This document shows, piece by piece, positions 1-11,570 of a DNA stretch of 64,000 nt (the stretch's first letter is position 1; the number at the start of each line of letters is the position of its first letter). The stretch is from contig OZ251232.1 of the NCBI GenBank assembly GCA_965240325.2, positions 1,674,001-1,738,000 of the forward strand, in the 5' to 3' direction. The notes beneath the pieces were generated by a model, which saw only the letters and a program-made list of their open reading frames with translations, had not been told where the DNA came from and ran no database searches. Made by a program: the position numbers and the translations under genes. Source of the DNA: Rebecca billardiae RCC1528 (lineage: Eukaryota; Protista; Haptophyta).

Positions 1-4
1 CTGG

Positions 5-1330
5 GTGCCCTCGCCGCCGAAGCTCTCGAGCTTCATGCTGCGCAGCACGGTGGAGCGCGGCGCGGCGCGCTCGGCCGCGGCCTCCGACGCCGGCGCGCGC
101 CCCGAGCACGTCGGCACGCCCGCTAGCAGACAGTCCGCCCGCGCTACGGGCTACGAGGCGTTGGCCGAGGCCGCGTCCGACAGCCTGGCGCAGTACGCGC
201 GCGAGCTCCGCACGAGCGCCGCGCGCGCGCTCGACGACCTCAAGGAGCGGGAGAGCCGGCTCTCGCGCCGGCTGTCGAGGGCGCTCGACGCGCTGAGCGC
301 GGCGGGGCTGTGCGCGTGCGATGCGGACGGCCCGTGCGTCTGTGGCCGCCGCGGGAAGCGAGCGCAGCCGCGCGCGCACCGCGCCGAACACGCCTCGCCC
401 GGCACCGCGGACGGAGGGCCGCCGCGGCTGGGCAGGCCGCCGCGCCGCCCGCCCGACAGTGCCGCGTCCGGCGCGGACGTGGGCTCGAGCCTCGCCTCGG
501 CGCGGCGCGCGGAGCAGCGCGTGTACGTGCGCGACGCGCGCGCCGCCGCCGCCGACTCGCTCCGCAAGTCTCTCCGTGCCGCGCAGTCGCGACCGCCGCC
601 GCCGCCGCAGCCGGCGCAGCTGGCGCCGCCGCCGGCCGAGCCGGCCGCGCGCGGCGGCGAGGGCCGGGGCGTTGTCGCCGCGCGCGCGCGCATCCCTGCG
701 GAGGCGCCGGTGCGCACGTCGTCGGTCGCGCAGTACGAGGGCCCGCCGCCGCCGCTGCCCACCCGACCCGCGATGGTGCACGGTCCGCTCGTCGGCCGCG
801 CCGCGCCGACAGTCTCCGCGCAGCAGCCCGCCGATGTGCAAGGCCTGCTCGGGACCGGCGCGGACTCGCTGCCGGTCGAGCTGCCGCGCGGCGCCGCGGC
901 TCGGATGCCCGGCCGCGGCGAGGTGCTCGCGATGCAGGCGATGGAGGCGGCGGACCAGCTGCACAGGCGCAAGGAGAGACTGCGCGCGAAGCGCGCCGCC
1001 GCCTTCGCCAAGGCCGAATCAATGTACGACCCGTCGCGCAAGCAGAGCGCGCCGCCCGCCGAGCCGCGCGAGCCGCCGCCGCCGCGCAAGCGCGGCGGGC
1101 ACCTGCGCTCCGACCCGGCGAACGTGTCGAGCGCGACGCTCGCGCACAGCGCGGCGGTGAGCGCCGCGATGGCGCGCGAGCGCGAGGAGCGCAGGCAGCA
1201 CTTCGCTCGCGCCGCGGCGGAGGCGGAGGCGGCCGCGGCCGCAGGGGCGGCGGCAGACGATGCCGAAGGCGGGCCCGCCAGCCGCGATGCTGAGCCGCAG
1301 CGCCGGCAGCACGCCGCGACGCTTGGATGA
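5..1330 (+). CDS. Hypothetical low-complexity/coiled-coil protein, probably 5'-truncated by the window edge
   Basis: Long open frame with helical E/R/A-rich segments, ending at TGA 1328-1330 just before AT-richer DNA; no family motif recognised. Confidence 0.55.
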   Translation: MPSPPKLSSFMLRSTVERGAARSAAASDAGARPEHVGTPASRQSARATGYEALAEAASDSLAQYARELRTSAARALDDLKERESRLSRRLSRALDALSAAGLCACDADGPCVCGRRGKRAQPRAHRAEHASPGTADGGPPRLGRPPRRPPDSAASGADVGSSLASARRAEQRVYVRDARAAAADSLRKSLRAAQSRPPPPPQPAQLAPPPAEPAARGGEGRGVVAARARIPAEAPVRTSSVAQYEGPPPPLPTRPAMVHGPLVGRAAPTVSAQQPADVQGLLGTGADSLPVELPRGAAARMPGRGEVLAMQAMEAADQLHRRKERLRAKRAAAFAKAESMYDPSRKQSAPPAEPREPPPPRKRGGHLRSDPANVSSATLAHSAAVSAAMAREREERRQHFARAAAEAEAAAAAGAAADDAEGGPASRDAEPQRRQHAATLG

Positions 1331-2020
1331 TTTTTCGTTTTCGACATCAGCGCACAGTGCTGATGATCGGATGATGGCCGGCGGCGGCCCTCGGGACCGC
1401 GTGCACCGTCAGTCCGCCGCCGCGGAATTCATATTTCATCATATATATAATGCTGCCCGGCTGCCGCTTGCCGGAGCTGCTCGCCGCTAGGTCGGCGGGC
1501 GGCGACATCGACTAAGACCTCACCCTCATCCAAGTGCTCCGGAAGGCGCTCGGCCGCGGCGGCATCTGCCGTCGCCGCCGCGTGCCCCAGGCCGAGGCGG
1601 TGCTCCATCCCGGCCCCGCTCCCGTAGGGGGGCAGGGCTGCGGGTGGCGCACTGTCTGACCTGGACGGAAGGCGCGGACGCATTCTATGTGTCTGTTGCA
1701 CTCTGAGCCTGACGCTAGCTTGTCCGATGCTGCCACGTCGTTAAATATAATGCTGCCACGAATCGTTAAATATATATATATATATATGAGTTTCGTCGTC
1801 GGCTGATGCGCGGGTCGGTAGAGTCTACTACTGTCTCTACTACTACTAGTCTACTGATGAGTCTCATTGATGATGATGTGTCACGCTAGATGTGCCACTC
1901 AGCCTGTGCGGGCGTGCCGCGTGGCGGCGGGTGCGGGTACTCGGTCACGGTCGTCACTGTGACTGATCACCTACTACGACTCACTGTAAGTCACTACGAC
2001 GACACTATACGACTACAGCA

Positions 2021-2198
2021 TACACACACACACACACACACACATATATAGATCGATCGATCGATCGATATATATATATATAGTAGAGCCAGAGCCGAGT
2101 AAGAGAGAGAGAGAGAGAGTATGTAAGAGAGACGGAGAGAGATCGAGAGATCGAGAGATCGAGAGATCGAGAGAGAGACGGACGGAGAGAGAGAGATC
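2021..2198. repeat. Compound microsatellite (CA)n/(TA)n/(GATC)n/(GA)n
   Basis: Visible directly in sequence. Confidence 0.9.
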
Positions 2199-2886
2199 GA
2201 GTCACCTGATCACTGTCAGGCCGCGTCTTGTCTCTTGACACTCAGACCGCCGAGGCCGAGTGCGGAGTCGGGCCGCACTCGGCACTCCGCGGCCGCCGCG
2301 CGGCCCGACCGGTCTGATCTAGCGCTACCCGCGGTGGGCTCTCGGGCCGCCGCACTGCGGGCCTGACTAGTGGCTAACTGCATTATGAGTTATACTATTT
2401 CTCGGCGGAGTGTGTACGGCCTCGCCAGTCGGCGGTAATACCGCCCCGGCGCTACGCAGCAGTCGGCAGTAAGCTACGCCACCGTGATGTGATGAATGAC
2501 TCCGGGCCCGGCGGGGACGCCGCGGTCCGACGCAGCCACTGCGTCTGCGTTACGATGCCTGATCAGCGTTCATCACGCGTCTTTATTGGTTCTGCTGGAA
2601 CTCGTACTTGTCGGAGTCATTAACCTAAATTCTGACGACAGCAGTGATCGGTGTACGATTCGGTGTCATAATCAACAGCGCGGCGAGTGGCATCTGCCCG
2701 GGACGGGGTGTTCCGTGAGTCCCGCATGGCTCAGCAATGCCGTTGACGGGTACCCGCCATCAGCGACACGCGAGGAGATGCCTAGGGCGTACCGCAGCTC
2801 CACTAAAGCGCATCGGCACCCGCGAGCCCAATCCCGACGGGTTCCTGATGCCCAGTTGGCAGCTGGTGCCTGGAGCGGATTGATGA

Positions 2887-3237
2887 TTAGTACTGCCCGT
2901 TGGCCGAGTCGAAGAGCGTCGGGAACAGAGGAATGGCCACGACGACGGCGACAACTGCGGCGATGGCGCCGAGGATCTTAGGGTCGCCCAAGCTGAAGTC
3001 CGACTGTTCCACCTTCATTTTCGGCTCGATGGCCCACACATTGCTCTTGCCGTCCTGGTCCACAGTCCGTCCCAACCCCGACTTGCTCTGCACCGGCGTC
3101 TGCTTCGAGTCCTCCTCCATCACGAGCGTGGGACGGCGGGTGGCCGACCGCGAGCGCACAAACGCCGTCGGCGCGTTGAAGCACTGTGCAGAACCGACGA
3201 GCGCGGCGAGGACAAGGAAGAGCGAGGAGCGCGACAT
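2887..3237 (-). CDS. Small plastid-targeted thylakoid protein, Psb34/Ssl1498-like PSII-associated factor
   Basis: Signal peptide with ASAFAP-like cleavage site (SAQC|FNAP) and an R/S/T-rich transit peptide; motif DQDGKSNVWAIEPKM resembles the Psb34 GxxNxxAxEPK motif; single C-terminal TM helix. Confidence 0.7.
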   Translation of the reverse strand: MSRSSLFLVLAALVGSAQCFNAPTAFVRSRSATRRPTLVMEEDSKQTPVQSKSGLGRTVDQDGKSNVWAIEPKMKVEQSDFSLGDPKILGAIAAVVAVVVAIPLFPTLFDSANGQY

Positions 3238-3516
3238 GGTGATGAAGGCAGAGCGACGGAGTGCGAGCGGCCGCGGCGCAAAGATACTTGCCAGGATTCC
3301 TCTCGAGAGTTCTCGTACACAATGTGCGCCGGACCAGGCCGGGCGTCACTGCAACGACGGGACGAAAGATGACCACGAAACTTTCTCTTCGGGCGGTCCG
3401 CCGGTCCGGGAGTCCCGCGCGCACCGAGCCCGTCGGCGTAGGTAGCCCACCCCCACCGGATTCCTCCGCAACAAAAACGAAGAAGATTAGAAGAAAATGA
3501 GCAGCAAAGCCCGACG

Positions 3517-4908
3517 ATGGCGCCTGCCTGGCCGGGCATGCGCTCGATCTGGTTGTGTGCAGCAGGGGTGCTGGCGTGCGCGGTGGCGCGTGCGCTGCAC
3601 GTACGTCTGCGCAGGAGCGCCGCGCGCGGCACACGTGACGCCGCCGGCTCGTCGCCACGGCTACGGCCGCATGCACCTGGGAGGGCGGCCGGTGCGGCAT
3701 CCGTGGCCGCGAGCGGCATTCGCATCCGCGTCAGCCGCGCCAGCCGCGGTGGCATCCACGCTGCGTCTGCGGATGCCACAGCGACCACCGGACTGGTGCT
3801 CTTGGGTGAGGACCTCATCGCGATGGTTCTCGCGCACATGGACGAGTACAGCCTGTACGCGGTCGCGCTCACGTGCTCCCAGCTCCTCGAGGCGGCGCGG
3901 CGCCGCCGCGGCACCGAGCGGGCGTTTCGCACCAACGCGCGCCACTTTGTCACCTCGGTCACGGGCCTGGAGTGGGCGCTGTCCGCCGGATGGTCCGGCG
4001 CGCGGGCGTGCACCCTCGCAGCCGAATCTGGCTCGCTCGACGTCCTCGTCTGCGCACACGACCGCCTGGGCTTTGCGTTCGACCTGGACACTTCCGCCGC
4101 GGCTGCGCGCCGCGGCTCGGTCGAGATGCTCCGAGCGATCCGAGCGCGCGGCGGCTACTGGGACTCGCTCACGTGCGCAGGCGCGGCGGAGGGCGGGCAC
4201 CTGGACACGCTGATCTGGGCGCGCGAGCATGGCTGCTCGTGGGGCCCGGACACGTGCGCCTCCGCCGCGCGGGCGGGCAACCTCGCGGTACTGCAGTGGG
4301 CGCGCGAGCACGGCTGCGTGTGGCGAGCGGACACGTGCGCGCGCGCCGCGCGGGGCGGGCACCTCGACGTCGTCCGGTGGTGCGTCGAGCACGGCGCGCC
4401 GGTGGACGCGGAGACCTGCGCGGCGGCTGCGCGCGGCGGCCACCTCGACGTGATCCGGTTCTGCCGCGAGGAGGCGGAGACACCGTTCCCGTGGGGAACC
4501 GCCACGCCGGCGCTCGCCGCCCTCGGCGGCCACATTGACGTGTTGATCTACTGCCGCGCGCACGCGGTGCCGCCGTGCCCGTGGGACGCGGAGACGTGCG
4601 CGTGCGCGGCGCTGGGCGGCCACCTCGCCTGCCTCGTCTGGGCGTACACGCACGGGTGCGAGATGACGGCTGAGACGTGTACCGCCGCCCTGCGCGCTGG
4701 ACACCTGCACGTGCTGCGGTGGGCGCTCGCGTACTCGGGCAACGCGACCGCGTGGCTCTGCCAGGCCATCATCGCGTCCGAGGGCGAGCGCGGCGACGTG
4801 CGCGCGCGGATCGACGGCCTGCACGAGCTCATCGAGCGCACGATGCTCACCGACGCGGATGTGGCTGCGACGGACGGCAGCGTGCGCACGCGGCGCGTGA
4901 GCGCATGA
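3517..4908 (+). CDS. Ankyrin-repeat protein (CPW..TC..AA.GGHL type) with F-box-like N-terminal segment; intronless
   Basis: About 8 repeats such as WDSLTCAGAAEGGHLDTLIWAREHGC; LVLLGEDLIAMVLAHMD...VALTCSQL is F-box-like. Confidence 0.85.
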   Translation: MAPAWPGMRSIWLCAAGVLACAVARALHVRLRRSAARGTRDAAGSSPRLRPHAPGRAAGAASVAASGIRIRVSRASRGGIHAASADATATTGLVLLGEDLIAMVLAHMDEYSLYAVALTCSQLLEAARRRRGTERAFRTNARHFVTSVTGLEWALSAGWSGARACTLAAESGSLDVLVCAHDRLGFAFDLDTSAAAARRGSVEMLRAIRARGGYWDSLTCAGAAEGGHLDTLIWAREHGCSWGPDTCASAARAGNLAVLQWAREHGCVWRADTCARAARGGHLDVVRWCVEHGAPVDAETCAAAARGGHLDVIRFCREEAETPFPWGTATPALAALGGHIDVLIYCRAHAVPPCPWDAETCACAALGGHLACLVWAYTHGCEMTAETCTAALRAGHLHVLRWALAYSGNATAWLCQAIIASEGERGDVRARIDGLHELIERTMLTDADVAATDGSVRTRRVSA

Positions 4909-5006
4909 CACCATGATTGATGCCATGATCGCGCAATGCTGCATGGCCTTATAGCTGGCCCGTGCCCGGGAATCATGCCGCCGTGCCGGCGGTGCCGGGG
5001 GGGAGC

Positions 5007-5031
5007 GGGGGGGGGGGGGGGGGGGGGGGGG
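5007..5031 (+). repeat. Poly-G tract (~25 nt)
   Basis: Visible directly in sequence. Confidence 0.9.
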
Positions 5032-5227
5032 AGCTGCAGATGCGCGGACGGAGTCGGCTGACGAATGACTCGCGGCTCGGGGGCTGACCGGCTGAGCCTG
5101 ACGGTGATGAGGAATCAACGATCGAGCAGATTCCCGCACACGGCCAAAGGACCAAGCAAAGACTGCCGATCAGAGTGAATGTGCCGCCGCCGCCGGTGAG
5201 TAGCACATAGAGGCACCGGCTGCCATC

Positions 5228-6933
5228 ATGGCAGCGTCATCCATCGATATGCCCACCCAGACGCCGGGGGCGCCGGGGGCGCTGTCCAACACGGGGATGG
5301 CCGAGGCGTACCACATGCTCGAGCGGCACCGTACGATGGATGAGCGCAGAATAAGTAAGTACATCGGCATCGCCCTCGCCGTCTCGGGCAACCTGCTGAT
5401 CAGCGGCGCGCTCAACGTGCAAAAGCACGTGCACAACCAGAACGAGCGGCTGCCGCCCGAGCTGCAGAAGCCGTACACGCGGATGCCGCTGTGGTGGCTC
5501 GGGCTCGTCCTCACGGTGTGCGGCGAGCTCGGCAACTTCGCCGCGTACGGCTTCGCCGAGGCCTCGCTCGTCACGCCGCTCGGCGCGGTGTCAGTCATGT
5601 CGAACGCATTCATCGCGGCGATCGTGCTGCGCGAGGGCCTGCGCATGCAGGACCTGTGCGGCTGCGTGCTCGTGGTGGGCGGCTCGGCCATCATCGCCGC
5701 CTCCACCACGCTCCACGAGGACGTGCTCGACCCGGACAACTTCCTCGAGCTGCTCGACTCCGCGCCGTTCATCGCGTGCTCTGTGGTCCTGTGCGTCGCC
5801 ATCGCGCTCGTGTACGCGTTCCGGGAGCGGTACGGGCGCAGGTACGTGTGGTACTACGTGCTGCTCTGCTCGATGCTCGGCTCGATCACGGTGATGGCCT
5901 CGAAGGGCCTCTCCTCCTTCGTCAACACGTGGATGGGCGGCGGCAAGATCCCGTGGACGCGCCCGACTCCGTACGTCCTCATGATCGTGCTCGTTGTGAC
6001 TGGCGTACTGCAGGCACGCGCGCGCGGCCGCCCCTGCGCGGGCCGATCGCGCGGCGCGCGGCGCCGCCGCACCGCGCGCTGATCGCGAGCGCGCGCGCCC
6101 CGCTCGCGCAGGTGAAGTACCTCAACATCGCTATGCGCAACTTTGGCAACACGGAGACGGTGCCGGTCTTTTTCGTGCTCTTCACGCTGTGCACGATCAC
6201 GGCGTCGAGTATTCTGTACCGCGACTTTGAGGGCGACACGCCGCAGCAGATCTGCGCGTTCTGCTTCGGCTGCCTGGTCACCTTCGCCGGCGTCAAGCTC
6301 ATCACCTCCAACCGGAGGGACGCGCGCCAACCGAACGACTCCAAGTCGCAGCCGCTGAGCGTCGAGCCAGCCTTTGACGGCGATCTCGAGCCAGCGGGCG
6401 GCGGCGGCGGCCAGACCAACTCCATCGACGTGCTCTCGGGCGCGGGCGCGCACGCTGGCGTCAGCGCGCAGGCGTACGCTCAGCTCGGCGCGGACGGCGA
6501 GGAGACACGGGTGCGCGCGCCGCGCGTGCGTCCGCCAACCCTGGGCGCGCGCACCTCTGCTGGCTGAGGCTCTGCGACAGACACCTGGCTGGCTGCAGAG
6601 ACTCGGAGGGCTGACTGACGACCGCCCTTCTGCTCCCACCGACCTGCTGCTCCGGCGCGCGCCGCACGTGGCGCGCAGTACGAATACCTCTCACCAGCAC
6701 CGCTCCTTGCGCCGGTGGGTCCGGGCGGTGCGCGCGTCGGGCCGGCCGTCGCGGCGCACGCGGACGGGCAGCGCATTCCCGACGGCGCCGACCAGGCCAC
6801 GGCACCGCTGCGCGCTCCCGGGAGCCGCTCCTCGGGCGCAGACCCTCTCGGAGCCGCGGGCGCTGCCGCCCCCAGCACTAGTGCGCCGAGCGAACCCATC
6901 GTGTTGTCACCGCCGTCTGGCGGTCACCGATGA
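5228..6933 (+). CDS. NIPA-family magnesium transporter; exons 5228-6013, 6112-6510, 6679-6933
   Basis: Motifs WWLGLVL..CGELGNFAAYGFA.ASLVTPLGAVSV; splicing the GC-AG intron 6014-6111 restores LQVKYLNIAMRNF; second intron 6511-6678 is GT-AG, phase 0. Confidence 0.9.
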
Positions 6934-7215
6934 TTCACAATCACTGGCGGACAGTAGATGATCATCATCGCGAATCGCGATAAGTATCGTCATCGTCGTC
7001 CTTAAATATATATATATATGAAAATATAGTATATATATATGACGAATACATTATACCGATATTAGTTATTACCGCGCAGGTCCGCGATAACGATTACTCA
7101 TTTACTGCTATCACTATCAGATATCATCGCGTCATAGGTCGGCGGGATCGATAAATTCGACGCTACTATATATATCTGCTTTCGACGAGAGTCTGATCAG
7201 ACTCAGTACTAAGCT

Positions 7216-7246
<31 letters not shown>

Positions 7247-7573
7247 CTAGCCTAGAAGTAGAAGTATAGAGTGAGAGAGAGAGAGAGAGCTATAGAGAGA
7301 GATAATATATTTATGGCCCGCGGTGCTAATATATATTAATATATTAATTTTATTTTAATAATAGTTATTATAATAATAACGGCCCGACTGCGCGTAACAC
7401 TTACACTGTCGTGACTAGTACTAACGTGAGACGTCGAGTAACGGCTGCAACGGTTACGCCTTACGGAGGCCAGTCACCGGGAGCCTCATCGCAGTGCCGA
7501 GTCCGCGCCGCCCCGCGACTCTGACTCACCTCGGCGAGGGGGGGTGTCGCCGGAGAATAAGCACCTCTGCTGC

Positions 7574-8109
7574 GGCGGGCCGGGGTCAATAGCGGACCGC
7601 GGGTGGGCGACGTGCGGGCGGGCACGCGGACTCGGCGGAGTACGTGATGGAGCTTGCCAAGTGCGTGCGGCGCCGTCACCGGCTCGCTTCGGCAGAGGTG
7701 GGCGCCGCCGGACCCCGGGCCCGGGCCCGGGCCGACGCGGTACCTACGTACGGTGCTCGGCCGCCGGGCAGGTGATGTGGGTTGCTCGGCGGTACCTAAT
7801 GAGCCCGAGGCCCGTAGTATTACTAATATAGCTCATAAGAATCAAAATCATGCCGCAGCTTCATTCGCGTACGGCTTCAGGGCTTGGCCCGCGTTACAAA
7901 TCTCTACTAACTCGGCATGTCACATTCTAGATATAAATACGACGGTCCTCCGCGCACCCGTTAACAGTTACAGGTCCGTAAGCGGACTACGCGCGTGCGG
8001 CGCACGACATAGTCGACTACTACTGGGGGCGCGGTCCGCCGCGTGCCAAGGCAGTACGTACTATCCCATTCGTGCGCTGCCCCACCTCGAGTCCCCGTGC
8101 GCGCGAGCT
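7574..8109 (+). repeat. Degenerate, insertion-expanded inverted copy of 8433-8739
   Basis: Colinear blocks match the reverse complement of 8433-8739 (e.g. GGCGGGCCGGGGTCAAT.GCGGACCGCGGGTGGGCGACGTGCGG; GGCGCGGTCCGCCGCGTGCCAAGGCAGTAC). Confidence 0.85.
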
Positions 8110-8432
8110 CATCATGGGCAATATGGCATCCAGAAGCCATCATATCCGCAGTTGTGATGCTGAGTGAGCAGCCGACAGGCAGTTGATGCCAGCAGCACAA
8201 TAGTTTAGACCATCGATGATGAGGTCACACAAGGAGCCAGACGCGTGCGCGGTAGCCCGAAACCATGCTGCTGGATACCTCGGGTCTCGAGTACAATACA
8301 GCTCTACTACTACTACAGCGATCACGTCGTCGCGCGACTACCGAGCACGTCGGTTGGTGACCTTGCATCGGTGTGCAGTGTAATAATGCCTCGAAGGTAC
8401 TCTCTGTAAGAGGTGCGCGCGCCCACATTGAA

Positions 8433-8739
8433 AGCTCGCGAGCGGGGGCTCGAGGTGGAGCAGCGCACGAAGGGGATAGTACTGCCTTGGCACGCGGCGG
8501 ACCGCGCCACTTTGTGTATAGTTGGCCTTCCATCGGCGGTGTGGCGCGTCCGCGCGTCCTCCAGGTGCGGAGGACGAGCCGTGAAGGAAGCCGCGCGGCG
8601 CAGAGTCGGGCTCGATACCAACCCACACCTGCCCGAGCACCGCGCCGCCTCTGCAAGCGAACGTGACGGCCACCGCTCCACGTACTCCGCGTGCCCCGCA
8701 CGTCGCCCACCCGCGGTCCGCCATTGACCCCGGCCCGCC
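8433..8739 (-). repeat. Compact copy of the repeat whose expanded inverted partner lies at 7574-8109 (probable TE remnant)
   Basis: Manual alignment to 7574-8109. Confidence 0.8.
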
Positions 8740-9003
8740 CGGGCTGGGAGGGTTTCGATCCAGGTTCTCTTCGCACACGGTAAATTATGATACTCGTACC
8801 TTTCTCTGAGCAATATGGGTGCGTACTAATGACACGGCCAATTACTGATTAATAGGTCGTGCAATATAGGGGTATGCACTATTAGTAGCTTGACGAATCA
8901 AGAACGACGCGACAGTAATAATTATATAATCGCAGCAATTCATCATCAGTCGTCATATCTATTAATGACGACGACATGAAGCGCGACGTGGACACACGTC
9001 GCT

Positions 9004-10512
9004 ATGGGTGATAATCACATGGACGCCGTCGCCGCCACTCCCGCGACGGATGAGCCGCAGGTCGTGCGGCGACCGTCGCGCTGGCGGGTGCTCAAGCACG
9101 TCACGAGCTCAGTGCGCGCCATGAATTCGAAAGGATTCATGGCATCGCAAGCTCACGTGATAACCCATCGGCAACTTGGCGAGACATTGCCTGGGCGGCT
9201 CGAGCGGCGCGTTACAATGATCGGCGCCATGCTCGCGCCGGCGGACAAGGAGGGCTTGATCGAGTCGGGGCCGGCAGCCGAGACACTCCAGACGAACGGC
9301 GAGGCGATCATGAACCTGCTCAACAACTGCCTCGACTCCGCGATGCTCTCGATGGGATTCGCCGTCGCGAAGGCCGGCATCCTGCCCGCCCTCCTCACGA
9401 TGGCTGTCTCTGCCTACCTCAACCGCTACACGCTGCTGCTGAATGTCAAGGCAAACGAGCTCGCACAGACGGACCCCGTGTCGTCGGACCTGGGCATGCG
9501 CGCCTTTGGCAACCCTGGGCGCATCGCGCTGATCGTGCTGTACTCGCTGTTTGGCTTCTTCTGCTGCGTGTCGTACGTGACGGCGGCGTCTGACGCACTC
9601 GGTGGGCTGGCGCAGCTCGCGCTGCCCGGCGAGGGCCCGCCGGCCAAGCTGATGATGATCGCGTGCTGGGCGCTCTTGCTCCTTCCCACCACGCTCGTGC
9701 GCTCGCTCAAGTCCGTCGCGCTCCTCTCGTTCGTGGCCTTCCTCGGCTGCCTCGTGATGATCCTCGCCATCACTGGCTGCTGCATCGCAGAGCTCTCGAC
9801 CACGGGCCTTCCCTCGGTCAGCTCGCTCGCATGGCTGCCGCCGTCGGCGAGCGACTTTGCAAGCGCCTTCCCCATCCTGCTCCTCATCTTCTCTATCCAG
9901 GCAGGCGGCGGCGTCGTGCTCGCCACGATGCGCGACACGTCACCCGCAAACATCGGCGCTGTCTCGCGCGGTGCGTACGGGCTCGTGTACTTTCTCAACT
10001 TCTTCATCGGCCTCGTGGCGTACGTCACGTTCGGGGAGCGCGTGCAGGGCAACGTGCTGCTCAACTTCTCGGCGAGCTCGCCGATGGCCGTCATCGCGCG
10101 GCTCGCGCTCCTCGTCCTCGTCGTCCTCTCGTTCATGATCATGATGGTCCCGTGCAAGCTCGCCCTGATCGAGCTCTGCTTCGACGCCAACGAGTCGCAG
10201 CTCGAGGCGACGAACGCGCAGTTCTACGGCGTGACGCTCGCACTCAACCTCGCGGCGGTGGGCACCGCGCTTGTGATCCCCGACCTGTCGATCGTGCTCG
10301 ACTTGAACGGCGCTGTGTGCACCAACTTGGTGGCGTTCCTGCTGCCAGCCGCGCTGTACGTCAAGATCCGCGCTGACGGCCAGGGCAAGCAGGGTCAGGG
10401 TGGCGCGGTCGCACCACTGTCCGCCGCCAACCTGCCCTACGCGCTCATCTTTGCGTTTGGAGTGCTGTCGCTGGCCGTTGGCCTCGTCCCGACCGTGCAG
10501 GGTCTCTCCTGA
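9004..10512 (+). CDS. Amino-acid transporter (Aa_trans/AAAP, SLC38-like); intronless
   Basis: About 11 TM segments; AIMNLLNNCLDSAMLSMGFAVAKAG, RSLKSVALLSFVA, YVTFGERVQGNVLLNF. Confidence 0.9.
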   Translation: MGDNHMDAVAATPATDEPQVVRRPSRWRVLKHVTSSVRAMNSKGFMASQAHVITHRQLGETLPGRLERRVTMIGAMLAPADKEGLIESGPAAETLQTNGEAIMNLLNNCLDSAMLSMGFAVAKAGILPALLTMAVSAYLNRYTLLLNVKANELAQTDPVSSDLGMRAFGNPGRIALIVLYSLFGFFCCVSYVTAASDALGGLAQLALPGEGPPAKLMMIACWALLLLPTTLVRSLKSVALLSFVAFLGCLVMILAITGCCIAELSTTGLPSVSSLAWLPPSASDFASAFPILLLIFSIQAGGGVVLATMRDTSPANIGAVSRGAYGLVYFLNFFIGLVAYVTFGERVQGNVLLNFSASSPMAVIARLALLVLVVLSFMIMMVPCKLALIELCFDANESQLEATNAQFYGVTLALNLAAVGTALVIPDLSIVLDLNGAVCTNLVAFLLPAALYVKIRADGQGKQGQGGAVAPLSAANLPYALIFAFGVLSLAVGLVPTVQGLS

Positions 10513-10610
10513 CGTCGACGATAACTACTCGGACTTCAAATTAAATTTAAGGCGTAAATTCTGGCCGCCTCACGTCACTGCGGCACGGATGGCCGCCGAT
10601 ACGGAAATCT

Positions 10611-10674
10611 TACGGGCGTCGATCTCGCCCGCCTGAGCTGTGTGCGTCTCTTATTCTTATAGCGGTAAACTGTA
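10611..10674 (+). repeat. ~60-bp dispersed micro-element, copy 1
   Basis: Core ATCTCGCCYGCCTGAGCTGTGTGCGTCTCTTATT...GTAAACTGTA recurs at 33670-33780 (two copies) and 43567-43626. Confidence 0.85.
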
Positions 10675-11056
10675 AGCTTGAGCCGAGTATTAACGCGGAT
10701 GAAAATTGAATAATCGATTAACAATTATATATATAATTCGCCGAGTAGTTAATTACTGCTGATTCTGGCCACTTAATACTTATATTATTAATGCAGGCCG
10801 ACCAGACGTTAATCATCCGAAGGCGAAAGAGGCCCGCGCGAGTTTATAAGTGTACTCTGACTCTCTGTATACTACTCTCACTCCGCCGGGCCCGCGTCGC
10901 GGTCCGGCCGCCCCGAGTCAGAGTGGCAGCCGACAATCGTGGCACTCTCAGGTGAGAGTCGGGTGAGGCTGTCAGTCGTACTGATGCACTTGTAACTCAC
11001 ATGATGACTCGCGGCATCAGGATAATATAAGGATTAGTCATGTTGACTACGTACGG

Positions 11057-11570
11057 TCAGCGGAGAAAGCTAGTAGCCACCGCGTCACAGAAGTTCACAA
11101 TTCCCTGGGTGGCGTCGTCTGCGTGACCGCCGGTGCTGGCCGTGCCGCGGCGGAGCGGCGCGGGCTGCAGCGGCTCGGTGCGGCATTGAGCGTGGGGCGG
11201 CGTTGTCCGCAGCCTGGTCGGCGACACTTGGGCTAGTACATCCACATTACTGCGGCCGTGCCCTGTAGCATCGTCACCTCCTTCGCCATCGCCATCACCC
11301 GCGCGCGTGTCCGCGCTGTCATCTATCGCGTCACCTTGCTCCGGGCCACGAGGTTACGGCGGCACCCGCGCACGCCGGAGGTCTGGGGCTGGGTGGTTCT
11401 CAACGTCAGCATCGTCGTCGCCAGAGCCCAAACAGACGTCGTCGCCAGAGCCCAAACAGAGCAAGTCGTCACCACAGCTCCCACGAGCGACGCCGGCGTG
11501 TGCATACGCCGCCCACGTTCGCGATACGGAATCCGTGGTGTTGAGAGCATCTGGAATCGGGGAGGTTGCC
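11057..11570 (-). pseudogene. Possible degraded ORF of an acidic low-complexity protein
   Basis: One minus frame reads protein-like (GDDLLCLGSGDDVCLGSGDDDADVEN...IVNFCDAVATSFLR) with one in-frame stop near 11353; 24-bp tandem duplication at 11413-11460. Confidence 0.25.
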
